64,000 nucleotides of DNA, from NCBI RefSeq assembly GCF_009931435.1, contig NZ_CP043414.1; one strand, given 5' to 3'. A program made the position numbers and the translations under genes. The notes beneath the pieces are model-generated. The model saw only the letters and a list, made by a program, of their open reading frames with translations. It did no database searches and was not told the origin of the DNA. Every line of letters starts with the position of its first letter. The stretch's first letter is position 1. The DNA comes from Escherichia coli (lineage in GTDB: Bacteria; Pseudomonadota; Gammaproteobacteria; Enterobacterales; Enterobacteriaceae). This document shows positions 1-11,229 of the stretch, piece by piece.

Positions 1-1324
1 CGCGCGCGGAGGCCTCTTCGATCATTCGTTTTGGCAGACCTGCTTCGATCGCTTTCGCCATGCCACCGGCTTCGTCGATCTGTTGGGTAATGGCTCTGGC
101 TTGTTTGACGATTTGATCGGTCAGCGATTCAACGTAATAGGATCCGGCCAGTGGATCGACGGTGCGGCAGAGTTCTGATTCTTCCTGAATGATGATCTGG
201 GTATTGCGGGCAATGCGTGCTGAGAAATCGGTAGGCAAACCAAGCGCTTCATCAAAGGCGTTGGTATGCAGTGACTGAGTACCGCCCAGCGTTGCAGCCA
301 GTGCTTCAATGGTGGTGCGGATAACGTTGTTATACGGATCCTGTTCAGTCAGGCTCCAGCCTGAGGTCTGGCAGTGGGTACGCAGCGCCAGTGATTTCGG
401 ATCCTGTGCGCCAAATCCACTGACCGCTTCGCTCCATAAATAACGTGCCGCACGCAACATGGCGACGTTCATAAACAGATCCATGCCAATACCGAAGAAA
501 AACGACAGGCGAGGAGCGAAGTCATCAATTTTCAGCCCAGCGGAGATTGCTGCTTTGATGTACTCAATCCCATCAGCGAGCGTAAATGCTACCTGCTGCA
601 CGCAGTTGGCACCCGCTTCACCCATATGGTAACCGCTGATACTGATGGTATTAAATCGCGGCATGTTGCCGGAACACCAGGCGATGATGTCTGCGATAAT
701 ACGCATTGACGGTTTTGGCGGGTAAATATAGGTGTTGCGGCAAAGATACTCTTTGAGGATATCGTTTTGAATGGTGCCGGTCAGTTTATCGGGTGTAACA
801 CCTTGCTCTTCTGCGGCGACAATATAAAACGCCAGTACTGGTAGTACTGCGCCATTCATGGTCATCGAAACCGACATTTTATCCAGCGGGATCTGGTCGA
901 ACAGGACTTTCATATCTTCCACGGTGTCGATAGCAACGCCCGCTTTGCCGACGTCGCCCGCCACGCGCGGGTTATCGGAGTCGTAGCCACGGTGGGTGGC
1001 AAGGTCAAACGCAACGGAAAGACCTTTTTGCCCGGCGGCCAGGTTACGGCGATAAAAAGCGTTGGACTCTTTTGCTGTTGAAAATCCAGCATACTGACGG
1101 ATGGTCCACGGTTGGGCGGTATACATAGTGGCACGCGGGCCACGAACGTAGGGCGGCAAACCAGGAAGGGTACCTGTCACTTCCAGATTATCGAGATCGG
1201 CTTCAGTATACAGCGGCTTGATGGCGATCCCTTCTGCGGTTTGTTGAACCAGCGAGTCGACAGTTTTCTCCCGACGACTCAATTCCTTGTTGGCAATCTG
1301 TTGCCACTCCTGCACGTTAGACAT
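1..1324 (-). CDS. sbm: Methylmalonyl-CoA mutase, N-terminal 441 codons (3-prime end runs off window start)
   Basis: Reverse-strand translation from ATG at 1322-1324 reads [20 protein letters not shown]; frame stays open to position 1 (ends ...[27 protein letters not shown]). Absent from ORF track because it is edge-truncated. Confidence 0.9.
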   Translation of the reverse strand, partial: MSNVQEWQQIANKELSRREKTVDSLVQQTAEGIAIKPLYTEADLDNLEVTGTLPGLPPYVRGPRATMYTAQPWTIRQYAGFSTAKESNAFYRRNLAAGQKGLSVAFDLATHRGYDSDNPRVAGDVGKAGVAIDTVEDMKVLFDQIPLDKMSVSMTMNGAVLPVLAFYIVAAEEQGVTPDKLTGTIQNDILKEYLCRNTYIYPPKPSMRIIADIIAWCSGNMPRFNTISISGYHMGEAGANCVQQVAFTLADGIEYIKAAISAGLKIDDFAPRLSFFFGIGMDLFMNVAMLRAARYLWSEAVSGFGAQDPKSLALRTHCQTSGWSLTEQDPYNNVIRTTIEALAATLGGTQSLHTNAFDEALGLPTDFSARIARNTQIIIQEESELCRTVDPLAGSYYVESLTDQIVKQARAITQQIDEAGGMAKAIEAGLPKRMIEEASAR

Positions 1325-1527
1325 TATTTGCTCCATAAAACGCAATCAAAATGAGGGTATTTGCGCTTACGGTGAGCTTTTTACGTGGGTTTGTCGCCAG
1401 CAAAAAAAATGCATTCAGACGTCGTTTTTTGCCGCCTGAGATTTGTCTATTTTGTGATGTGATTCAAGGAATACAAAAAGAACTGGAGGTGATGCCTGGT
1501 ATGTATTACCAGGCATTATTTGATGGA

Positions 1528-2421
1528 TTATTCCTGACGAAGAACTTTGTGACCATAATCGAGCAACGCATCAGTGACTTTACGCATCATGCGGCTTTCA
1601 GGAGCAAAGCGGTGCCAGTAGAGCATCCGGCGTTGAAATAGCCCTGGCGTTAAGTCAATCAGTTCGCCGCTGGCCAGTTCTTTCTCGATTTGCAGATGTG
1701 GGATCATACAGCAGGTGGTCCCCTGACGAGCAAGTTGCACGAACGCTTCTGAAGAATTAACGATATGGCAGGGTACGCTGCCTGGAGGCAGATCAAAGTT
1801 TTGCTGCAAAAAGGCCTGGTGCATATCATCAAGATGGTCAAACGCGACCACTGGCGCTTTCAGTAATGCCGAACGCGTTACGCCGTTAGGGAAATATTTT
1901 TCGGCAAACGGTTTTGAGCTGACGAACAGATAGTCAAGCGCACCGAGCTTATCGACAAGACAACTCGGCAGCGCCTGATGTTGAATACTCACCGCGCCGA
2001 CCACTTCGCCGCGGCGCAGACGTTCCTGAGTGCGGGTTTCATCTTCTACCTGCAAGTTGAGGCGGATAGGCGAATCAGCTAACACAGGAGCCAGCGCCGG
2101 AAGCAACCACGTCGCCAGACTGTCAGCGTTGACCGCCAGTGAAAGCAGCAGCGGAGTTGAACCGGTTTGTTCATCGCCCAGCCACTCTTCTTCCAGTAAC
2201 TCCACCTGGCGTAGCAGTGCCAGCAGTTTTTGCCCTTGTTCCGTCGGGCGCGGCGGTACGGTACGCACCAACAGCGGCTGCCCGAACATATTTTCCAGTT
2301 GCTTAATGCGCTGTGAGACGGCTGATTGTGTAATGCACAGCTTTTGTGCCGCGCGCTCAAATCCTCGTTCACGTATCACCGCATCCAGTGCCTGTAATGT
2401 TCTGTAGTCCGGGCGTTTCAT
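1528..2421 (-). CDS. argP: LysR-family transcriptional regulator ArgP (IciA)
   Basis: Track ORF 1528..2487; recognised ArgP sequence begins at internal Met ([13 protein letters not shown]...), giving 297 aa. Confidence 0.9.
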   Translation of the reverse strand: MKRPDYRTLQALDAVIRERGFERAAQKLCITQSAVSQRIKQLENMFGQPLLVRTVPPRPTEQGQKLLALLRQVELLEEEWLGDEQTGSTPLLLSLAVNADSLATWLLPALAPVLADSPIRLNLQVEDETRTQERLRRGEVVGAVSIQHQALPSCLVDKLGALDYLFVSSKPFAEKYFPNGVTRSALLKAPVVAFDHLDDMHQAFLQQNFDLPPGSVPCHIVNSSEAFVQLARQGTTCCMIPHLQIEKELASGELIDLTPGLFQRRMLYWHRFAPESRMMRKVTDALLDYGHKVLRQE

Positions 2422-2561
2422 TGCTGTTGTCTGCTCCTGGTAAATGCTTTTTCCTGCACTATGACACAATTTTGCGTCAGGTTGCATATACCGAAGCCGT
2501 CGGCGGGTACATTTGTATCAGTGGTTAAACACGCAGCTTAAAAGATCAGGGATTTGCGCTA

Positions 2562-2747
2562 TTGCATTTCGCTCAGCGAGTTCGCGCCCTGGTTATGTTG
2601 AATGGCGTGGCGTTATTGCCTCTGTTCGCACCGTGGAGCGGCATACCCAGACCGTTGTATGCTTTATTTGCCGGGCGAAAGGGGATGCCCGCCATTGCGC
2701 GATATTTTATGGATGAGTTAACCACGCGGCTTGCCAACGGGGTCTGA
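2562..2747 (+). CDS. Small hypothetical ORF in argP-rpiA intergenic region (possibly the yqfE-type small ORF)
   Basis: Track ORF of 61 aa; no recognisable domain; position only. Confidence 0.2.
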   Translation: MHFAQRVRALVMLNGVALLPLFAPWSGIPRPLYALFAGRKGMPAIARYFMDELTTRLANGV

Positions 2748-2925
2748 ATCGCTTTTTTTGTATATACTCGTCATACTTCAAGTTGCATGTGCTGCGTCTG
2801 CGTTCGCTCACCCCAGTCACTTACTTCTGTAAGCTCCTGGGGATTCACTCTCTTGTCGCCTTCCTGCAACTCGAATTATTTAGAGTATAATGCGTGTGAA
2901 ATTTCATACCACAGGCGAAACGATC

Positions 2926-3585
2926 ATGACGCAGGATGAATTGAAAAAAGCAGTAGGATGGGCGGCACTTCAGTATGTTCAGCCCGGCACCATTGTTGGT
3001 GTAGGTACAGGTTCCACCGCCGCACACTTTATTGATGCGCTCGGCACGATGAAAGGCCAGATTGAAGGGGCTGTTTCCAGTTCAGATGCTTCCACAGAAA
3101 AACTGAAAAGCCTGGGCATTCACGTTTTTGATCTCAACGAAGTCGACAGCCTTGGCATCTACGTCGACGGTGCAGATGAAATCAACGGCCACATGCAGAT
3201 GATCAAAGGCGGCGGCGCGGCGCTGACCCGTGAAAAAATCATTGCTTCGGTTGCGGAAAAATTTATCTGTATTGCAGACGCTTCTAAGCAGGTTGATATT
3301 CTGGGCAAATTCCCGCTGCCAGTAGAAGTTATCCCGATGGCACGTAGTGCAGTGGCGCGCCAGCTGGTGAAACTGGGCGGTCGTCCGGAATACCGCCAGG
3401 GCGTGGTGACCGATAACGGCAACGTGATCCTCGACGTCCACGGCATGGAAATCCTTGACCCGATAGCGATGGAAAACGCCATAAATGCGATTCCAGGCGT
3501 GGTGACTGTTGGTCTGTTTGCTAACCGTGGCGCGGACGTTGCGCTGATTGGCACACCTGACGGTGTCAAAACCATTGTGAAATGA
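2926..3585 (+). CDS. rpiA: Ribose-5-phosphate isomerase A
   Basis: Track ORF 2890..3585; recognised RpiA begins [19 protein letters not shown] at internal ATG; 219 aa. Confidence 0.93.
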
Positions 3586-3590
3586 TCTGA

Positions 3591-3616
3591 CGGGGGAACC
3601 TCCCCCGTTAAAAAAA
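3591..3616 (+). terminator. Hairpin cgggggaacctcccccg downstream of rpiA (weak, A/T-rich tail)
   Basis: Perfect GC-rich inverted repeat immediately after rpiA stop. Confidence 0.4.
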
Positions 3617-3840
3617 TTCTCTTCATTAAATTTGGTGACATGTGTCACGTTTTTACCTGGCTATTGTCGATTGCTCTAAATAAATCCTCTGAACCAGCAT
3701 ATTCATCCAAGAAATACCTTTGCGTGATATTTCCTCAACATCGCGACGCAAACGTTCATATTGCCGCAATATTATTTTTTGATATGTTGAAAGGCGGATG
3801 CAAATCCGCACACAACATTTCAAAAGACAGGATTGGGTAA

Positions 3841-5073
3841 ATGGCAAAGGTATCGCTGGAGAAAGACAAGATTAAGTTTCTGCTGGTAGAAGGCGTGCAC
3901 CAAAAGGCGCTTGAAAGCCTTCGTGCAGCGGGTTACACCAACATCGAATTTCACAAAGGCGCGCTGGATGATGAACAATTAAAAGAATCCATCCGCGATG
4001 CCCACTTCATCGGCCTGCGATCCCGTACCCATCTGACTGAAGACGTGATCAACGCCGCAGAAAAACTGGTCGCTATTGGCTGTTTCTGTATCGGAACAAA
4101 CCAGGTTGATCTGGATGCAGCTGCAAAACGCGGGATCCCGGTATTTAACGCACCGTTCTCCAATACGCGCTCTGTTGCGGAGTTGGTAATTGGCGAACTT
4201 CTCCTGCTATTGCGCGGCGTACCGGAAGCCAACGCTAAAGCACACCGTGGTGTCTGGAACAAGCTGGCAGCTGGCTCTTTTGAAGCGCGCGGCAAAAAGC
4301 TGGGTATCATCGGCTATGGTCATATTGGTACACAGTTGGGCATTCTGGCTGAATCGCTGGGAATGTATGTTTACTTTTATGATATTGAAAACAAACTACC
4401 GCTGGGCAACGCCACTCAGGTACAGCATCTTTCTGATCTGCTGAATATGAGCGATGTGGTGAGTTTGCATGTGCCAGAGAATCCGTCTACCAAAAATATG
4501 ATGGGCGCGAAAGAGATTTCACTAATGAAGCCCGGCTCGTTGCTGATTAATGCCTCGCGCGGAACGGTGGTGGATATTCCGGCGCTGTGTGACGCGCTGG
4601 CGAGCAAACACCTGGCAGGTGCGGCAATCGATGTCTTCCCGACGGAACCGGCGACCAACAGCGATCCATTTACCTCTCCGCTGTGTGAATTCGACAACGT
4701 CCTTCTGACGCCACATATTGGCGGTTCGACTCAGGAAGCGCAGGAGAATATCGGCCTGGAAGTTGCGGGTAAATTGATCAAGTATTCTGACAATGGCTCA
4801 ACGCTCTCTGCAGTGAACTTCCCGGAAGTCTCGCTGCCACTGCATGGTGGGCGTCGTCTGATGCACATCCACGAAAACCGTCCGGGCGTGCTGACTGCGC
4901 TGAACAAAATCTTTGCCGAGCAGGGCGTTAACATCGCTGCACAGTATCTGCAAACCTCAGCGCAGATGGGTTATGTGGTTATTGATATTGAAGCTGACGA
5001 AGACGTTGCCGAAAAAGCGCTGCAGGCAATGAAAGCTATTCCGGGCACCATTCGCGCCCGTCTGCTGTACTAA
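3841..5073 (+). CDS. serA: D-3-phosphoglycerate dehydrogenase
   Basis: Track ORF 410 aa; recognised SerA sequence (MAKVSLEKDKIKFLLVEGVHQ...) with C-terminal ACT domain. Confidence 0.95.
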   Translation: MAKVSLEKDKIKFLLVEGVHQKALESLRAAGYTNIEFHKGALDDEQLKESIRDAHFIGLRSRTHLTEDVINAAEKLVAIGCFCIGTNQVDLDAAAKRGIPVFNAPFSNTRSVAELVIGELLLLLRGVPEANAKAHRGVWNKLAAGSFEARGKKLGIIGYGHIGTQLGILAESLGMYVYFYDIENKLPLGNATQVQHLSDLLNMSDVVSLHVPENPSTKNMMGAKEISLMKPGSLLINASRGTVVDIPALCDALASKHLAGAAIDVFPTEPATNSDPFTSPLCEFDNVLLTPHIGGSTQEAQENIGLEVAGKLIKYSDNGSTLSAVNFPEVSLPLHGGRRLMHIHENRPGVLTALNKIFAEQGVNIAAQYLQTSAQMGYVVIDIEADEDVAEKALQAMKAIPGTIRARLLY

Positions 5074-5094
5074 TTCCCCTTCTCTGAAAATTAA

Positions 5095-5125
5095 CGGGCA
5101 GGTCACTGACTTGCCCGTTTTTTTA
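5095..5125 (+). terminator. Rho-independent terminator of serA
   Basis: Stem cgggcaggtcactgacttgcccg followed by T8. Confidence 0.8.
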
Positions 5126-5267
5126 TCCCTTTTCCCGCGCATGTCACTGCCATTTGTAGTGCGCTGCAATTGCCTTTGCGAGTCTGCTCGAAGAAATAAA
5201 TCAAAGCCAGATCAATGCGTTGTGCTTATTTAAAGAGAGTTTACGATGGCAGGGCAGCATGGGGCTG

Positions 5268-5412
5268 TAACGGTAAAGCCCTCACCGAAGCGAGGGCTTG
5301 AAGGAGAAGGGTTATGATGCGACTTGCCATCATACTGATTGTACTGTTACTCATAAGTTTGCCAGCTTATTAACAGTCAGTCACAGGGGAGGAGTCATCC
5401 TCCCTTACCCTT
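5268..5412 (-). ncRNA. sibC: Antisense sRNA SibC (antitoxin RNA overlapping ibsC); ends approximate
   Basis: Minus-strand promoter-like TTGACA (plus 5444-5449) N17 TAATTT (plus 5420-5425); minus-strand terminator hairpin gccctcgcttcggtgagggc + TTT near 5275-5300; fully overlaps ibsC. Confidence 0.5.
5314..5373 (+). CDS. ibsC: Type I toxin, 19-aa hydrophobic peptide (Ibs family)
   Basis: ATG ATG CGA ... TAT TAA encodes MMRLAIILIVLLLISLPAY; RBS aggagaagg 4 nt upstream; matches Ibs toxin family pattern and known serA-ygfA location of ibsC/sibC. Confidence 0.75.
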   Translation: MMRLAIILIVLLLISLPAY

Positions 5413-5473
5413 ACTCACTAAATTAGGTTAAAGAATCAACGATGTCAATCAGGGCGATGCAGGTGTGTCGCCC

Positions 5474-6022
5474 TTACCACTCCCAGACTTTCGACGGTGT
5501 AACCACCGCAGGAAGTGGGATATCCCACTCTTCAACGGGGAGTTTTTCCACCAACTGACAATCATGCGCATAACCCACCGGTTGCATTTGATAGCGCTGC
5601 CAGTTCTGTAAGGTCCGATCATAAAAACCACCGCCCATTCCCAGGCGCTGACCGTACTCATCAAAGGCGACCAGCGGTGTGATCAACACGTCTAATCGGG
5701 AAAGGGGTAGCACGTCACGCACATCCAGTTTTGGCTCATGGATCTTCAACCTGTTCATCACCAGTTCGCTTTGCGGATGGTAATTCAGGAACAGCAAATT
5801 ACCGGCACTAAAGGGATGCAAAACTGGAAGATATACGCGCTTACCGGCGCGCCAGAGTTGTTCTATGAGTGGCTGGGTGTCGAGTTCGCCATCAAAAGAG
5901 AGGAATACAGCGACCGTATGTGCCATCACCACCGGGGGATACGTCATCATCCGGGTAGCGGCTTGTTGACCCATTTCCTGCTGTTGTTCCGGCGTTAACG
6001 CACGACGACGTTGCCGAATCAT
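5474..6022 (-). CDS. ygfA: 5-formyltetrahydrofolate cyclo-ligase
   Basis: Track ORF 5474..6220; recognised protein begins MIRQRRRALTPEQQQEMGQQ at internal Met (182 aa); upstream part of track ORF overlaps the 6S RNA gene. Confidence 0.85.
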   Translation of the reverse strand: MIRQRRRALTPEQQQEMGQQAATRMMTYPPVVMAHTVAVFLSFDGELDTQPLIEQLWRAGKRVYLPVLHPFSAGNLLFLNYHPQSELVMNRLKIHEPKLDVRDVLPLSRLDVLITPLVAFDEYGQRLGMGGGFYDRTLQNWQRYQMQPVGYAHDCQLVEKLPVEEWDIPLPAVVTPSKVWEW

Positions 6023-6094
6023 TTTGCGGATTTCTTGTCGGGATAATGTCAGTGGGAGTTCTGGTAGTTGCGTCATGGCTGGTGCCAGATAAGA

Positions 6095-6280
6095 AGGGAA
6101 TCTCCGAGATGCCGCCGCAGGCTGTAACCCTTGAACCCTTGGTTCAAGGTGAATGTGTCGTCGCAGTTTTAAGGCTTCTCGGACGGACCGAGCATGCTCA
6201 CCAACCGCGGAGCGCCACATTCTTGTGGTATGAAATATCGGCTCAGGGGACTGGCCCGCTTGCGAACATCTCAGAGAAAT
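6095..6280 (-). ncRNA. ssrS: 6S RNA (RNA polymerase sigma70 holoenzyme-binding regulatory RNA)
   Basis: Reverse complement reads AUUUCUCUGAGAUGUUCGCAAGCGGGCCAGUCCCCUGAGCCGAUAUUUCAUACCACAAGAAUGUGGCGCUCCGCGG..., the recognised 6S RNA sequence; immediately upstream of ygfA. Confidence 0.93.
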
Positions 6281-6321
6281 TTTGTCTTCACGGTTACTCT
6301 ACCACAGTAAACCGAAAAGTG

Positions 6322-6717
<396 letters not shown>

Positions 6718-6818
6718 CTATAGCTACCCTGATGAGAAGAGACAAGCCCTTTTCTGGTCCACCAGGGCCCAAAGTGGTAGCATATCATGAATATTCCTCC
6801 CTTTGACGACGAATGCTT

Positions 6819-7397
6819 ATGTCTATACAGAACGAAATGCCTGGTTACAACGAAATGAACCAGTATCTGAACCAACAAGGGACGGGTCTGACCCCTGCTG
6901 AGATGCATGGTTTAATCAGTGGGATGATATGTGGTGGTAACGATGACAGCTCATGGCTGCCGCTGCTTCACGACCTGACGAACGAAGGCATGGCTTTCGG
7001 TCATGAGCTGGCACAGGCATTGCGCAAAATGCACTCTGCTACCAGCGATGCCCTGCAGGATGACGGCTTCCTTTTTCAGCTTTATCTGCCTGATGGCGAT
7101 GATGTCAGCGTTTTCGATCGGGCTGATGCGCTGGCAGGTTGGGTTAATCACTTCCTGCTTGGTCTTGGCGTTACGCAACCGAAGCTGGACAAAGTGACCG
7201 GCGAAACCGGTGAAGCCATCGACGATCTGCGTAACATCGCGCAGCTGGGCTACGACGAAGACGAAGATCAGGAAGAGCTGGAAATGTCGCTTGAAGAGAT
7301 CATCGAGTACGTCCGTGTTGCCGCGCTGTTATGCCACGACACCTTTACTCATCCGCAACCGACCGCGCCAGAAGTACAAAAACCGACTCTACACTAA
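6819..7397 (+). CDS. ygfB: UPF0149 family protein YgfB
   Basis: Track ORF 6813..7397; recognised start [17 protein letters not shown] (192 aa). Confidence 0.88.
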
Positions 7398-7422
7398 AAA
7401 CAAAAAACGTAAGGAGAGTGTT

Positions 7423-8748
7423 ATGAGTGAGATATCCCGGCAAGAGTTTCAGCGTCGCCGTCAGGCCCTGGTGGAGCAAATGCAACCCGGCAGCGCCGCG
7501 CTGATTTTTGCTGCACCAGAAGTAACACGTAGCGCCGACAGCGAATACCCCTATCGTCAGAACAGTGACTTCTGGTACTTCACCGGCTTTAACGAACCGG
7601 AAGCGGTGCTGGTGCTGATTAAAAGTGATGACACTCATAACCACAGCGTTCTGTTTAACCGCGTACGCGACCTGACGGCAGAGATCTGGTTTGGTCGCCG
7701 CTTAGGTCAGGATGCTGCACCGGATAAACTGGGCGTTGATCGCGCACTGGCGTTCAGCGAAATCAATCAGCAACTTTATCAACTACTTAATGGTCTGGAT
7801 GTGGTGTACCACGCCCAGGGCGAATATGCATATGCTGATGAAATCGTGAACAGCGCGCTTGAAAAACTGCGTAAAGGTTCGCGACAGAATCTCACCGCCC
7901 CGGCAACGATGATCGACTGGCGTCCCATTGTTCATGAAATGCGCCTGTTCAAATCACCAGAAGAGATTGCCGTACTTCGCCGCGCGGGGGAAATCACCGC
8001 CCTGGCGCATACCCGGGCGATGGAAAAATGCCGTCCGGGAATGTTCGAGTACCACCTGGAAGGCGAAATTCACCACGAATTTAACCGCCACGGTGCGCGC
8101 TATCCTTCCTATAACACCATTGTCGGCAGCGGTGAAAACGGCTGCATTCTGCACTACACCGAAAACGAGAGTGAACTGCGCGACGGTGACCTGGTGTTGA
8201 TTGACGCGGGTTGTGAATACAAAGGTTACGCGGGCGATATTACCCGCACCTTCCCGGTCAACGGCAAATTCACCCAGGCCCAGCGTGAAATCTACGACAT
8301 TGTGCTGGAGTCTCTTGAAACCAGCCTGCGGCTGTATCGTCCGGGAACTTCCATTCAGGAAGTCACTGGTGAAGTGGTGCGCATCATGGTTAGCGGCCTG
8401 GTAAAACTCGGCATCCTGAAAGGTGATGTTGATGAACTGATCGCTCAGAACGCCCATCGTCCTTTCTTTATGCATGGCCTTAGCCACTGGTTAGGTCTGG
8501 ATGTCCATGATGTTGGTATTTATGGTCAGGATCGCTCGCGCATTCTGGAACCGGGCATGGTACTGACCGTAGAGCCGGGGCTGTATATTGCGCCGGATGC
8601 AGAAGTGCCAGAACAATATCGCGGTATCGGCATTCGTATTGAAGACGACATTGTGATTACCGAAACCGGTAACGAAAACCTCACCGCCAGCGTGGTGAAA
8701 AAGCCGGAAGAAATCGAAGCGTTGATGGCAGCTGCGAGAAAGCAATGA
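7423..8748 (+). CDS. pepP: Xaa-Pro aminopeptidase (aminopeptidase P II)
   Basis: Track ORF 7210..8748; recognised PepP begins MSEISRQEFQRRRQAL at internal ATG preceded by aaggagag RBS; 441 aa. Confidence 0.93.
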   Translation: MSEISRQEFQRRRQALVEQMQPGSAALIFAAPEVTRSADSEYPYRQNSDFWYFTGFNEPEAVLVLIKSDDTHNHSVLFNRVRDLTAEIWFGRRLGQDAAPDKLGVDRALAFSEINQQLYQLLNGLDVVYHAQGEYAYADEIVNSALEKLRKGSRQNLTAPATMIDWRPIVHEMRLFKSPEEIAVLRRAGEITALAHTRAMEKCRPGMFEYHLEGEIHHEFNRHGARYPSYNTIVGSGENGCILHYTENESELRDGDLVLIDAGCEYKGYAGDITRTFPVNGKFTQAQREIYDIVLESLETSLRLYRPGTSIQEVTGEVVRIMVSGLVKLGILKGDVDELIAQNAHRPFFMHGLSHWLGLDVHDVGIYGQDRSRILEPGMVLTVEPGLYIAPDAEVPEQYRGIGIRIEDDIVITETGNENLTASVVKKPEEIEALMAAARKQ

Positions 8749-9923
8749 GCGTAATCATCGTCGGTGGCGGCATGGCGGGCGCGACGCTGGCGCTGGCTAT
8801 TTCCCGGTTAAGTCACGGGGCGCTGCCGGTACATTTGATTGAAGCGACCGCGCCAGAGTCACATGCTCATCCGGGCTTTGATGGACGAGCTATTGCGCTG
8901 GCGGCGGGTACTTGTCAGCAACTGGCGCGCATCGGCGTCTGGCAATCTCTGGCTGATTGCGCAACCGCCATCACCAGCGTGCATGTCAGCGATCGTGGTC
9001 ATGCCGGATTCGTCACCCTCGCCGCAGAAGATTACCAACTGGCGGCGCTGGGGCAGGTTGTCGAATTGCATAATGTCGGGCAACGGCTGTTTGCATTACT
9101 GCGCAAAGCACCTGGCGTAACGCTGCATTGCCCTGATCGCGTGGCTAACGTTGCCCGTGCTCAGAGTCACGTTGAAGTGACGCTGGAGAGTGGCGAGACG
9201 CTGACGGGCTGCGTGCTGGTAGCCGCTGATGGCACCCATTCCGCGTTAGCCACCGCGTGCGGTGTTGACTGGCAGCAGGAGCCTTACGAACAACTGGCCG
9301 TGATTGCGAACGTTGCGACTTCCGTTGCGCACGAAGGCCGGGCGTTTGAGCGTTTCACACAATATGGCCCGTTGGCGATGTTGCCGATGTCTGACGGACG
9401 CTGTTCGCTGGTCTGGTGTCATCCACTGGAACGGCGCGAAGAGGTGCTGTCGTGGAGCGACGAGACGTTTTGCCGTGAACTCCAGTCGGCCTTTGGTTGG
9501 CGACTTGGGAAAATTACCCACGCTGGTAAACGCAGTGCTTACCCGCTGGCGTTAACCCGCGCCGCCAGACCTATTACCCATCGTACCGTGCTGGTGGGCA
9601 ATGCGGCGCAAACTCTGCACCCGATTGCCGGGCAAGGGTTCAACCTCGGTATGCGGGATGTGATGAGCCTTGCGGAAACGCTGACTCAGGCTCAGGCACG
9701 TGAAGATGACATCGGTGATTACGGCGTATTGTGCCGTTATCAGCAGCGTCGGCAGAGCGATCGAGAAGCAACCATCGGCGTCACGGACAGCCTTGTACAT
9801 CTTTTTGCCAACCGTTGGACGCCGCTGGTTGTCGGGCGCAACATCGGGCTGATGGCAATGGAATTATTCACTCCGGCACGCGATGTGCTGGCGCAGCGCA
9901 CCCTCGGTTGGGTGGCGCGTTGA
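8745..9923 (+). CDS. ubiH: 2-octaprenyl-6-methoxyphenol hydroxylase (FAD-dependent)
   Basis: Track ORF 392 aa; FAD GxGxxG motif MSVIIVGGGMAGATLA; start overlaps pepP stop (ATGA). Confidence 0.93.
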   Translation: MSVIIVGGGMAGATLALAISRLSHGALPVHLIEATAPESHAHPGFDGRAIALAAGTCQQLARIGVWQSLADCATAITSVHVSDRGHAGFVTLAAEDYQLAALGQVVELHNVGQRLFALLRKAPGVTLHCPDRVANVARAQSHVEVTLESGETLTGCVLVAADGTHSALATACGVDWQQEPYEQLAVIANVATSVAHEGRAFERFTQYGPLAMLPMSDGRCSLVWCHPLERREEVLSWSDETFCRELQSAFGWRLGKITHAGKRSAYPLALTRAARPITHRTVLVGNAAQTLHPIAGQGFNLGMRDVMSLAETLTQAQAREDDIGDYGVLCRYQQRRQSDREATIGVTDSLVHLFANRWTPLVVGRNIGLMAMELFTPARDVLAQRTLGWVAR

Positions 9924-9945
9924 AGGCGGTTTTAAGGAATAAACA

Positions 9946-11148
9946 ATGCAAAGTGTTGATGTAGCCATTGTTGGCGGCGGCATGGTGGGGCTGGCGGTTG
10001 CCTGCGGCTTACAGGGGAGCGGCTTACGCGTTGCCGTACTGGAGCAGCGCGTACCGGAACCCCTGGCGGCGGATGCACCACCACAACTGCGCGTTTCGGC
10101 TATCAATGCCGCCAGCGAAAAATTACTCACCCGTCTTGGCGTCTGGCAGGAGATTCTCTCCCGCAGAGCCAGTTGCTATCACGGCATGGATGTGTGGGAC
10201 AAAGACAGTTTTGGTCACATTTCGTTTGACGATCAAAGCATGGGCTATAGCCATCTTGGGCATATCGTTGAAAATTCAGTCATTCACTACGCGCTGTGGA
10301 ACAAAGCACAGCAGTCCTCAGATATCAGCCTGTTAGCCCCTGCAGAATTACAGCAGGTCGCCTGGGGAGAGAACGAAACCTTCCTGACGCTGAAAGACGG
10401 CAGCATGTTAACGGCGCGTCTGGTAATTGGCGCAGACGGCGCTAATTCCTGGTTGCGCAACAAAGCCGATATTCCGCTGACTTTCTGGGATTATCAGCAT
10501 CACGCGCTGGTGGCGACCATTCGCACGGAAGAACCGCATGATGCGGTGGCGCGACAGGTTTTCCATGGCGAAGGCATTCTGGCCTTTTTGCCGCTTAGCG
10601 ATCCGCATCTTTGCTCAATTGTCTGGTCACTGTCCCCAGAGGAAGCACAGCGGATGCATCAGGCAGGCGAAGACGAATTTAACCGCGAGTTAAATATCGC
10701 TTTTGATAATCGCCTGGGCTTATGCAAGGTTGAGAGTGAACGTCTGGTGTTCCCGCTGACTGGGCGTTATGCGCGCCAGTTTGCCGCGCACCGTCTGGCG
10801 CTGGTGGGCGACGCCGCGCATACCATTCACCCGTTGGCGGGGCAGGGGGTGAATCTCGGCTTTATGGATGCTGCAGAGCTGATTGCTGAACTGAAACGGT
10901 TGCATCGTCAGGGTAAAGACATCGGGCAGTACATTTACCTGCGTCGCTATGAGCGTAGCCGCAAGCACAGTGCGGCGCTGATGCTGGCAGGTATGCAGGG
11001 ATTCCGCGATCTGTTTTCCGGGGCTAATCCGGCGAAAAAACTGCTGCGTGATATTGGCCTGAAACTGGCCGATACGCTTCCTGGCGTTAAACCACAACTT
11101 ATCCGTCAGGCAATGGGATTAAACGATTTGCCTGAATGGCTGCGCTAA
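9946..11148 (+). CDS. ubiI: 2-octaprenylphenol hydroxylase UbiI (VisC), FAD-dependent monooxygenase
   Basis: Track ORF 400 aa; paralogous to UbiH, GxGxxG motif VAIVGGGMVGLA. Confidence 0.92.
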   Translation: MQSVDVAIVGGGMVGLAVACGLQGSGLRVAVLEQRVPEPLAADAPPQLRVSAINAASEKLLTRLGVWQEILSRRASCYHGMDVWDKDSFGHISFDDQSMGYSHLGHIVENSVIHYALWNKAQQSSDISLLAPAELQQVAWGENETFLTLKDGSMLTARLVIGADGANSWLRNKADIPLTFWDYQHHALVATIRTEEPHDAVARQVFHGEGILAFLPLSDPHLCSIVWSLSPEEAQRMHQAGEDEFNRELNIAFDNRLGLCKVESERLVFPLTGRYARQFAAHRLALVGDAAHTIHPLAGQGVNLGFMDAAELIAELKRLHRQGKDIGQYIYLRRYERSRKHSAALMLAGMQGFRDLFSGANPAKKLLRDIGLKLADTLPGVKPQLIRQAMGLNDLPEWLR

Positions 11149-11191
11149 AAATTTCTCTTCTGCTGTTTATTTGATACCCATCACACTTTCA

Positions 11192-11220
11192 TCTCCCGGT
11201 TTTTTCGCCGGGAGATTTTC
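11192..11220 (+). terminator. Rho-independent terminator after ubiI
   Basis: Stem tctcccgg...ccgggaga followed by TTTT. Confidence 0.6.
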
Positions 11221-11229
11221 CTCATTTGA

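Noticed and set aside
1475-1514. Palindrome cctggtatgtattaccagg downstream of argP as terminator
   Set aside because: No adjacent T-tract on the argP strand; left as unannotated hairpin.
1112-1641. Two short plus-strand ORFs (1112..1354, 1351..1641) in the sbm start/argP end region
   Set aside because: Overlap the sbm N-terminus and sbm-argP spacer on the opposite strand; no conservation signal.
5190-5313. 23-codon uORF (MAGQHGAVTVKPSPKRGLEGEGL) ending at the ibsC start
   Set aside because: Lies within the region expected to be transcribed as antisense SibC; no SD; more likely coincidental.
5474-6220. Track ORF extends ygfA N-terminally by 66 codons
   Set aside because: The extension runs through the 6S RNA gene (6095-6280); recognised protein start is the internal Met at 6022.
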